Shown here one piece after another: positions 56,567 through 64,000 of a stretch of 64,000 bases of DNA. The stretch is from Cyanobacteria bacterium P01_A01_bin.123 (lineage in GTDB: Bacteria > Cyanobacteriota > Cyanobacteriia > Phormidesmidales > Phormidesmidaceae). A program made the translations under genes and the position numbers. Below the pieces are notes generated by a model. It had not been told where the DNA came from. It ran no database searches and worked only from the letters and a program-made list of their open reading frames with translations. Position 1 is the first letter of the stretch. Each line of letters begins with the position of its first letter. The stretch lies in contig JBCBZT010000008.1 of the NCBI GenBank assembly GCA_039815185.1, positions 64,001 through 128,000 on the forward strand, read 5' to 3'.

Positions 56567-58144
56567 TTAATGCAGGAAATGACGGAGGCCAGTGAACACC
56601 ATGATTAACCCCAATTCGTTAGCGGCGTTGATCGAGTCTTGATCGCGAATGCTGCCGCCGGGTTGAATGATTGCCGTGACCCCAGCCGCCGCTGCGGTTC
56701 GCACCGAATCATCAAAGGGGAAGAACCCATCGCTGGCTAAGGTTGCCCCTCGAACCTGCTCTCCAGCTTGCTCTAAAGCAATTTTGACGGCACCAACTCG
56801 ATTCATTTGGCCTGCTCCGACGCCCACAGTGGCGCGATCGCGGCTAATCACAATCGCATTAGACTTGACGTGCTTGACTATACGCCAGGCAAACAAAAGC
56901 TCTTCCAATTGGGCGACGTCGGGCTTGTGCTCAGTCACAATTTGCCACTGGCTGGGATCTTCAACGACATCGTCAGCATTTTGAACCAAAAAGCCCCCCG
57001 CAATTGTTTTGACAGTTTGGGACGGGCCTTGAGCGAGGTCATTTAAGATCAGCACCCGCAAGTTTTTCTTGCTCTCTAAGATCGCTTGAGCTTCAGGATC
57101 ACAACCGGGAGCGACTACACATTCCAGAAAGGTTTGGGTCAGGGCCGTTGCCGTTTCAGCCTCAATGGATTGGTTAAGCGCGACAATGCCACCAAAGGCA
57201 GACACAGAATCGGCATTGAACGCTTTTTCGTAGGCTTCTTTAACTGAATCGCCCAGGGCTGCACCGCAGGGATTAGTGTGTTTTAGCACAGCTGCTGCTG
57301 GCCCCTGTTCTTCGGGAAACTCAGTAATAATGCGCCGCGCCGCTTCCAAATCGACAAGGTTATTATAGCTGAGTTCCTTCCCTTGGAGTTTTTCTGCGGT
57401 GGCCCAACCCGAAGCTTCGGTGCTGTGTTGATACCAGGTAGCAGGTTGGTGGGGGTTTTCACCATAGCGCAGGGTTTGTTTAGGCCGACCACTGAACGCA
57501 AATTGCTGGGGAATAGGCAGGTCTATCTCATCTGCGATCGCCTCTTGAGTTAAATACTGGGTGATCGCTTGATCGTAGGTGGCCGTATGGTTAAAGGCTT
57601 GTAGGGCGCAGCGTCGGCGAAATTCTGGAGTGACTGTCCCATCCTGTTGCTGCAACTGTTCAAGATAGCCATCATATTGACCCGGATCACAAAGCACCGT
57701 GAGATAGTCATAGTTCTTAGCCGCAGCTCGAATTAAGGTAGGGCCACCAATATCGATCTGCTCGATCGCTTCTGGCAAAGTAACTCCAGACTTGGCAATG
57801 GTTTGCTCGAAGGGATAAAGGTTAACCACAACTAAGTCAAACGGTCGGATGTCGTTGTCGGTTAAATCTTGTTGGTCTTCGGCTAGGGATAAACGAGCCA
57901 AAATACCACCGTGAATTCTGGGGTGGAGCGTTTTAACCCGACCCCCCAAAATTTCTGGTGACCCTGTATAGTCTGAGACTTTGGTCACTGATAGGCCAGC
58001 CTCAGCCAGAGCGTTTGCCGTCCCTCCGCTGCTGATGAGTTCAAATCCAAAATCTTCGACTAGATGAGTCGCAAGTTTCACCAAGCCTGTTTTATCTGAT
58101 GTGCTCAGCAGTGCCAACCGTGCCATACCCTTGCTTGTCCCCAT
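56567..58144 (-). CDS. purH: Bifunctional AICAR transformylase / IMP cyclohydrolase (start may be 58126)
   Basis: SDKTGL, GGRVKTLHP, IDIGGP, LRYGENPHQ, ASDGFFPF and RHFLH motifs. Confidence 0.97.
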   Translation of the reverse strand: MGTSKGMARLALLSTSDKTGLVKLATHLVEDFGFELISSGGTANALAEAGLSVTKVSDYTGSPEILGGRVKTLHPRIHGGILARLSLAEDQQDLTDNDIRPFDLVVVNLYPFEQTIAKSGVTLPEAIEQIDIGGPTLIRAAAKNYDYLTVLCDPGQYDGYLEQLQQQDGTVTPEFRRRCALQAFNHTATYDQAITQYLTQEAIADEIDLPIPQQFAFSGRPKQTLRYGENPHQPATWYQHSTEASGWATAEKLQGKELSYNNLVDLEAARRIITEFPEEQGPAAAVLKHTNPCGAALGDSVKEAYEKAFNADSVSAFGGIVALNQSIEAETATALTQTFLECVVAPGCDPEAQAILESKKNLRVLILNDLAQGPSQTVKTIAGGFLVQNADDVVEDPSQWQIVTEHKPDVAQLEELLFAWRIVKHVKSNAIVISRDRATVGVGAGQMNRVGAVKIALEQAGEQVRGATLASDGFFPFDDSVRTAAAAGVTAIIQPGGSIRDQDSINAANELGLIMVFTGLRHFLH

Positions 58145-58351
58145 TGCTTATAAGCCTTACTCAGCCAGCATACAAGGGGCAGTGAATCGTGGGTAGGTGC
58201 TCAGAAATTCACCGACGTCAGCAACGCTTGAGCAAGGGAGTCAATGCTATAGATTAAAAAAACACTGGATTAATTCACATAAATTAATTTTCTTTGTTAG
58301 ATTTATTAGTATAGATGATCCAAATTCTTGCCGACTCAAGTTTTTTTTACC

Positions 58352-58891
58352 ATGAATACCTCTGTTTCTCGCTTGGCGCTTGTTTTCAAGCCCAACGTCA
58401 ATCCTAACTTCTGGTCACAAACCGCCTGGGCTATTTTGCGTGCTGTGATTGGCATCATGATGGTTCACAACGGTTTGGACAAGCTGGGTAATATTGAGAG
58501 CTTTGCCCAAGCTTACGTCGCCTACATTGGTTTACCCTTTCCTATTTTCTTTAGCTACGTCGCAGCTTACACCGAGCTGATTGGTGCTCCCCTGGTTGCT
58601 CTGGGCTTGTTCACTCGTCCCGCAGCTTTTGGCTTGTTTTGCACCATGTGTGTTGCGATGTATCACCACGTTAAGGTAGCTGGATTGAGTCTCCCCTATT
58701 TGGAACTCTCGGCTATCTACGCAGCGACATTCTTGTTTTTCACCATCAACGGGGCTGGGTTGTTCTCTACTGATGCCATCATTGCCAACTGGCTAGACGC
58801 TAGTGCGTTATCGGCCCGGGCAAAACAAATCATGCGTCTTGAGAAGGCTTATGAAGCAGCGAGTCCTCAGAAGGAAACGACGAAAGTTTGA
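58352..58891 (+). CDS. DoxX family membrane protein
   Basis: LR..IG..M.HNG..K, EL.G...ALGLFTR and GAG.FS.D motifs. Confidence 0.88.
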   Translation: MNTSVSRLALVFKPNVNPNFWSQTAWAILRAVIGIMMVHNGLDKLGNIESFAQAYVAYIGLPFPIFFSYVAAYTELIGAPLVALGLFTRPAAFGLFCTMCVAMYHHVKVAGLSLPYLELSAIYAATFLFFTINGAGLFSTDAIIANWLDASALSARAKQIMRLEKAYEAASPQKETTKV

Positions 58892-58902
58892 GGATATGGT
58901 TT

Positions 58903-58990
58903 AGAGCATCGGGATGCGATCGCGTCCTGATGCTTTAATCCAAAATTCAATTATGAGAAGGGGTTGAAATCTCAGATGATTTCAACCCCT
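58903..58990. terminator. Two hairpins between convergent genes
   Basis: agagcatcgggatgcgatcgcgtcctgatgcttt (centred on HIP1) and aggggttgaaatc-N6-gatttcaacccct. Confidence 0.6.
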
Positions 58991-59083
58991 CCTTAATGTC
59001 AATTAATACGAGAACTGCCTTAAAAATCGACAGGGCTTAAGTTTACTCATCCTGTCAATCGCCTCTCATAATGCTGACAAATC

Positions 59084-59434
59084 CTAGTTGCCTTCAGATT
59101 CAACTGTTTCAGTAGGCGCTTCTATATACTCGAATTGGAGGGGTTGTTGACCATATCCACCTTGTTGGCGAAACTCAGCTGCTGCCTCTCCAATTTGCTC
59201 GGTACTGTTTTGTCGATATTCTTCACGGCTCGTGCCACCAGAGAGGGCAGCTTCATGGAATAGGTCAAATGGGCTGTTGAGGAGATTTTCACTTGAACCA
59301 CCGACTGTAGCGTCATCGGTATTCCTGAGTGGATCATCAGTGCTTTGCGCTTGGGCAACCGCTGAGACACTGAGTAAGCCAAGGCCAAGCATTAAGGCAA
59401 AAAGTTTTAGGGATGCAGTAGTAAACCGTGACAT
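59084..59434 (-). CDS. Hypothetical exported protein
   Basis: Signal-peptide-like N-terminus ending AVAQA; acidic mature part; follows the ABC genes. Confidence 0.7.
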   Translation of the reverse strand: MSRFTTASLKLFALMLGLGLLSVSAVAQAQSTDDPLRNTDDATVGGSSENLLNSPFDLFHEAALSGGTSREEYRQNSTEQIGEAAAEFRQQGGYGQQPLQFEYIEAPTETVESEGN

Positions 59435-59545
59435 AACGATTTCTTCCTTGATTAGCAATGAACACGAAATACCCGGTCAATGGCCATAGGATATCTCTAT
59501 TTTGACGAAAAGATCCAAAAAATGCTCCCCCGATTCCCATCGGAT

Positions 59546-60493
59546 CTAAGCGATGCGGCGACGGAGTAAGGGCTGCACTAGAACCAACATAGCAGCGCTA
59601 AAGCCAATTAAAAGCGCCACCGATAGCCCGAGGGTAACACTGCCCCAGGGAGCTTCCATCACCACACTGTTGAAACTCCAGTCAGGATGAAGATAGAGGT
59701 AGCGGATCGGTTCAATAGCATAGCTAAGGGGATTGAGACTTGCGACTACCTGTAGCCACTGCGGCATAAAGCTTAAGGGTACGAGGGCGGTGCTGGCAAA
59801 CAGGAGCGGCAAATTGGTGACAAAGATAACGGCTAGCAGTTCAATGTGGCCAGGTAAGGCAAAGGCCAAACCCAGACTCAAAGCGGTAACGCCCAACACT
59901 AAGGTTAATAGAATGACGGCCATTACTCCCAACCCGACAAACCCAGGGAGTCCCGACCCTAAAGCGGCCCCCAAGGCAATGATGGAAGCCGTTTGGACAA
60001 AACTCATGGCTGCAATGAACAATGCTGAGGCAATCACAATAGAAAATCGCGAAGCCAGGGGAGCCACCAGTAGCCGATTCAAAAAACCAAATTCTCGGTC
60101 GAACATGACGGGTAACCCAGCATTAAGGGCACCTGCAAAGGCTGTGAATACGATAATGCCTGCCCCCAGAAACTGACCGTAGTGAACGCTGTCGCCAAAT
60201 AAGTCTGAGGGCACATTTTGAAATAGGGCGCCAAATAAAATCAACCACATCAGCGGTTGAATCACCCCTGCGACAAGGGTTGAGGGGCGTCGCTGGAGCT
60301 GAATAAATAGGCGTCGCGTCAGCGCCAGAGTCTCTTGTACAAATTCCCCAGAGAAAAGACCGGGCGGGTTAGCCGCGATCGCGCCTTGATTAATCGCAGC
60401 CTTCCACTGCTTCAGCTGATCGTTATTAATTGTTGATCTGGGGACATCTGAACCGGATGAACTCGGCTTAGATGACGTGATTGTGCCACTCAT
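59546..60493 (-). CDS. ABC-2 type exporter permease
   Basis: QPLMWL.LFG, DREFGFLNRLLVAP and NPLSYA motifs. Confidence 0.92.
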   Translation of the reverse strand: MSGTITSSKPSSSGSDVPRSTINNDQLKQWKAAINQGAIAANPPGLFSGEFVQETLALTRRLFIQLQRRPSTLVAGVIQPLMWLILFGALFQNVPSDLFGDSVHYGQFLGAGIIVFTAFAGALNAGLPVMFDREFGFLNRLLVAPLASRFSIVIASALFIAAMSFVQTASIIALGAALGSGLPGFVGLGVMAVILLTLVLGVTALSLGLAFALPGHIELLAVIFVTNLPLLFASTALVPLSFMPQWLQVVASLNPLSYAIEPIRYLYLHPDWSFNSVVMEAPWGSVTLGLSVALLIGFSAAMLVLVQPLLRRRIA

Positions 60494-60517
60494 AAAACAC
60501 CTCTTGCAATAGCGATA

Positions 60518-61543
60518 TCAGCTGCCTTTCATACTTTGCTTGCGTTCAGCTTTGAGATCACGGCTACCCACCGCCGCCAGTTCGGCATCCATTAGGGTAC
60601 GCCCAGTCGCAGCAAGATAAACATCGTCTAGACTGGGGCGCGATTGGGAGATGCCAAAAGTTGGCAACCCAGCCGTGCTTAAACTTTGCTGCACAGAAAC
60701 CAAGGCATTGGCTTGGGCATCAACCACAAGGTTGAGGGAATTACCTTGGGCGCTATTGACGATCACCTCTTGTACACAGGGTAATGTTTCCAGGAGGGTC
60801 CGGGCGCTCTCGGCTTCGTCGGGGGGCGTAAACTCCCGGATGCGCAACGTAATCCGATCGCCACCTACTTCATCTTTCAATGCGCTGGGGGTACCCCGGG
60901 CAATCACCTCACCGCCGTCAATAATCGCTACGCGATCGCCCAAAGCATCCACTTCTTCCAAGTAGTGGCTGGTCAGCAAAATAGTGGTTCCAGCCGCTTT
61001 GAGTTCCCGAATAAAGCGCCACACCGACGATCGACTTTCGATGTCTAGCCCCACCGTCGGTTCGTCTAAGACCAACACATCGGGTTGGTGCAGTAGCCCG
61101 GCAGCTAAATCGAGGCGTTTTTTCAACCCACCTGAATAGATTCCGGTTTTTTGATCGGCCCAGTCGGTCAGATCCAATAGGTCGAGCATTTGGGCGATGC
61201 GATCCTTCGACACCTTGGCGGGAATGTGATATAGGTCAGCCTGAAGCTGGAGCATTTCTCGCCCGGTCAGCATCTTGTCCAGTGCGACTTCTTGCGCGAT
61301 GTAGCCTAAACATTGGCGGGCCGCACGGGGGTTATCTAAAACCGAAATGCCGTTGACCTCAATCTTGCCCTGATTCGGTCGGGTCAGAGTGCACAGGCAA
61401 CGAATCGTTGTGGTCTTGCCAGCACCGTTAGGGCCGAGCAGACCAAAGATCTCACCCGACTCAATGATGAGCGACACATCCTTGATCGCTTCCACCGAAC
61501 CGTAACTTTTCTGGAGTCCTTCAATTAAGACTGCGGGGGCCAT
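60518..61543 (-). CDS. ABC exporter ATP-binding protein (DrrA-like)
   Basis: GPNGAGKTT, YSGG, LDEPT.GLD and SHYLEE motifs. Confidence 0.95.
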   Translation of the reverse strand: MAPAVLIEGLQKSYGSVEAIKDVSLIIESGEIFGLLGPNGAGKTTTIRCLCTLTRPNQGKIEVNGISVLDNPRAARQCLGYIAQEVALDKMLTGREMLQLQADLYHIPAKVSKDRIAQMLDLLDLTDWADQKTGIYSGGLKKRLDLAAGLLHQPDVLVLDEPTVGLDIESRSSVWRFIRELKAAGTTILLTSHYLEEVDALGDRVAIIDGGEVIARGTPSALKDEVGGDRITLRIREFTPPDEAESARTLLETLPCVQEVIVNSAQGNSLNLVVDAQANALVSVQQSLSTAGLPTFGISQSRPSLDDVYLAATGRTLMDAELAAVGSRDLKAERKQSMKGS

Positions 61544-61627
61544 AGCGTCACCCGTTTCGTTAACATTAGCTTTGTTATGTAACTAAATTTTACCTAAGGG
61601 TGACAGATTTAGCTGCGCGGATGGGGT

Positions 61628-62623
61628 TCATCCCAGAATCACACTAATCATCGGGATCGCCGTCAGCAAAATATTCAACTGCTCTCCCAGGGTGAAGTTA
61701 AGCTGCTGCATCCAGGGGAGTTGGTCAACCACCATGCCAGCGGAAAGCAGCATCATATAGAGGATGGAGTACTTAAATAAAGACTTCGACAAGTCTTTAT
61801 CTGCGGGCGTCTGGTTCAGCAACCAAGCTTTTTTAAGGAAGACATAGCCCAGCGCGATCGCGAAGATCGCATACACTCCTCCAGACACACCCAGGGGATA
61901 GACTAGCAGTAGCGTTATCGGCAATAGCAGCAGCGTATACACCAAAATCTGCTGGGCGGTTTTTTCATTCCCCACGACCACCGGCAGCATAGGAATACCC
62001 ACTTTTGCATAGTCGTCTTGAATGACCATGGCCAGCCCCCAAAAGTGAGGCGGCGTCCAAACGAACACAATCGCAAAAATCACCCAAGCAGGCCAACTCA
62101 AATGACCGGTTACCGCGGCCCAGCCCACTAAAGGTGGTATGGCCCCGGCGGCACCCCCAATCACAATGTTTTGGGTAGAGGAGCGTTTTAGCCAGTGGGT
62201 ATAGACCCCGACATAGAGCACAATACCCACCATCGCCAGACAAGCACTGAGTAAGTTAGCAACCCAGGTTTGGAGGCTAAAGGAGGCGATCGCCAAGATT
62301 GCTGAAAATACCAGCGCGTCACGCACCTTCACACGGCCCGATGGCAAGGGGCGATGACGGGTTCGCTCCATATCGTAGTCAATGTCACGATCGTAAACAC
62401 AATTGATCACCTGGGCTGAGGCTGCCGCCAAAGCTCCGCTAAGCAGGGTGATAATTAACAACACTGGATCAACATGGCCTTTGGCTGCAATCCACATACT
62501 GCCTGCCGTTTCAATCAGCAGTAAAGGAATAATGCGGGGTTTCGTCAATTGCCAGTAGCTCTTCAAAACCTGCCCAAAAGACTCATGGTGGCGGACAGGA
62601 GACCAAGCGGTCATCGGTTGCAT
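61628..62623 (-). CDS. ctaB: Protoheme IX farnesyltransferase (heme o synthase)
   Basis: LTKPRI, DRDID..M.RT..RPLPSG, WTPPHFW and DY....PMLPV motifs. Confidence 0.95.
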   Translation of the reverse strand: MQPMTAWSPVRHHESFGQVLKSYWQLTKPRIIPLLLIETAGSMWIAAKGHVDPVLLIITLLSGALAAASAQVINCVYDRDIDYDMERTRHRPLPSGRVKVRDALVFSAILAIASFSLQTWVANLLSACLAMVGIVLYVGVYTHWLKRSSTQNIVIGGAAGAIPPLVGWAAVTGHLSWPAWVIFAIVFVWTPPHFWGLAMVIQDDYAKVGIPMLPVVVGNEKTAQQILVYTLLLLPITLLLVYPLGVSGGVYAIFAIALGYVFLKKAWLLNQTPADKDLSKSLFKYSILYMMLLSAGMVVDQLPWMQQLNFTLGEQLNILLTAIPMISVILG

Positions 62624-62736
62624 AGATTAAAACGTCCTATTGAATGTTGAGCAGTGCTGTTGAGAAGTACTTTCGCTGAACATTTTTTGAGCACTGCTGT
62701 TGTTGATCACTTTTGGATCAATGCGTTTGCTGATCA

Positions 62737-63693
62737 TTATGAGGGGGCAGCATTGAGGCTGCGTCGATCGCGAAAGGCTAGGGCTGAGAAGCACACAAGG
62801 GTGCCCAGCAGCATTGCGCCAACAACCTGATGGGTGACGGTCAGAGGCTCAACCTGGAGGTGGAGGCGGAAAGTTGCAATGCCTAAAACAATTTGCACCA
62901 CAACTAAAGCACCAGCCCCTTGAGCCAATCCGCGCAGAGATGAGCTGAGCGCAGGGGTTTGCCAAACTTTCCACACGAGCCACAACGTTGCCAAAGTGGC
63001 TGGAACGACACCCACGAGGTGGCTATTCATGACAGCACAAAGCTGGTTAAGCCCAAAACACTGATGAGCCGCCCAACGGGAACCCACAAGCCCACCTAAC
63101 AAGCTTTGACAGTAGATGAGACCCGCGGCAATTAAGCCCAGCCAAGGCAATTGACCGACATGGCCACTGCCGCCATAGGGCATTAGGAAGACTCCCATAA
63201 TCAGCAGCACGCTAAAAAACAGCAGTGCTGCCCCCAAGTGTGCCGTCACAATGTCGAACCGCAACAGTTGCGTCACAGTGAGCCCACCCAAGGCTCCCTG
63301 CACCAAAATCAGCACTAGCGCACCCAATGAGGCCCACGGTAGCCATCGAGGTAACTGACGACGAAACCACAGGCTAACGCCTAGCAAACCCAAAGTAGTC
63401 AACCCAATTAGGGCTGCATCTAAGCGATGAAACCACTCTAGAAACACCTGAAAATTCATTTGCCGTTGAGGCACAAGTTGGCCGTAGCACAGTGGCCAAT
63501 CGGGGCAAGCTAAGCCCGCGTTCATGACGCGGGTGGCACTACCAACAGCCATAAGGGCCAGGGTTGCGATCGCCAGTTTCCAAATCAAGCGTCGCGTCCA
63601 CACCTGAATGGAGTTTTCTATAGGTATCGATTGAGACTGGGGGGCAGCTACAGGCCGAGCAGGGGGATGAAGGGTTGAATCAGTCATTGACAA
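62737..63693 (-). CDS. ctaA: Heme A synthase (COX15/CtaA)
   Basis: AGLACPDWPLC and EWFHR motifs; conserved His residues in TM helices. Confidence 0.93.
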   Translation of the reverse strand: MSMTDSTLHPPARPVAAPQSQSIPIENSIQVWTRRLIWKLAIATLALMAVGSATRVMNAGLACPDWPLCYGQLVPQRQMNFQVFLEWFHRLDAALIGLTTLGLLGVSLWFRRQLPRWLPWASLGALVLILVQGALGGLTVTQLLRFDIVTAHLGAALLFFSVLLIMGVFLMPYGGSGHVGQLPWLGLIAAGLIYCQSLLGGLVGSRWAAHQCFGLNQLCAVMNSHLVGVVPATLATLWLVWKVWQTPALSSSLRGLAQGAGALVVVQIVLGIATFRLHLQVEPLTVTHQVVGAMLLGTLVCFSALAFRDRRSLNAAPS

Positions 63694-64000
63694 GACAGAA
63701 TTGGGGACTGGTTTAAACCTTGGCCGGATCCAGATCCATCATTTCTCCTAAGCCAAAATCTAGAATTTCAAATCAGATGCGATTTATTAAGCTGAGGATA
63801 TACAAAGTGAGCCATGACTTCGGTCGCTAGGGGTTAGCTTAACGCGCATATCACTTTTCTCGCTCAAGTTCCACTTTATTGAAGAGTTCTTTGAAACATC
63901 AGGCTTTTAGGGTTTTCTTCGGAATTAAGCTATGCAAGATGATGGCAAAATTTCAAAGCGTTACAAAACTAACTAAATCTGGAAAAAGACGAAAATCTTA

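Noticed and set aside
58145..58330. ZMP/ZTP riboswitch upstream of purH
   Set aside because: I could not find the conserved aptamer motifs by eye.
1..64000. Frequent GCGATCGC octamers as a novel repeat
   Set aside because: This is the well-known cyanobacterial HIP1; it was used only as a taxonomic clue.

Overview
This 64 kb window is from a cyanobacterial chromosome. The evidence is the abundant HIP1 octamer GCGATCGC plus plmA, GUN4, Uma2/DUF4058 and the ctaA-ctaB-ABC block; a filamentous Leptolyngbya-like host is an inference. From left to right it holds: (i) a VapBC-type toxin-antitoxin pair, a Coq4-like gene and a carbohydrate trio (CBM2-GH9 glucanase, aldose epimerase, alpha-amylase); (ii) a 6-15 kb accessory conflict-type island containing a caspase-GUN4 protein, a P-loop ATPase and a TPR partner split by an IS that landed inside a hairpin repeat, a YefM-like ORF, an SPFH/slipin gene and DUF2726; (iii) a MarR-MFP-RND efflux unit and small genes; (iv) a NACHT protein; (v) three phosphate-scavenging enzymes (GDPD, PhoD-RTX and a 1669-aa nested phytase-like/2xGDPD/RTX protein), with an AT-rich Wzx/Wzy sulfated-polysaccharide cluster between the two RTX genes; (vi) housekeeping genes (plmA, purH, ABC exporter, ctaB, ctaA). 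The most notable unannotated signal is two abutting structured RNA-like elements directly upstream of the slipin gene: a tRNA-like cloverleaf and a Y-RNA-like closed stem, with no RtcB or Ro60 gene in the window. All family calls come from motif recognition by eye, not database searches. No rRNA, canonical tRNA or CRISPR array was seen.
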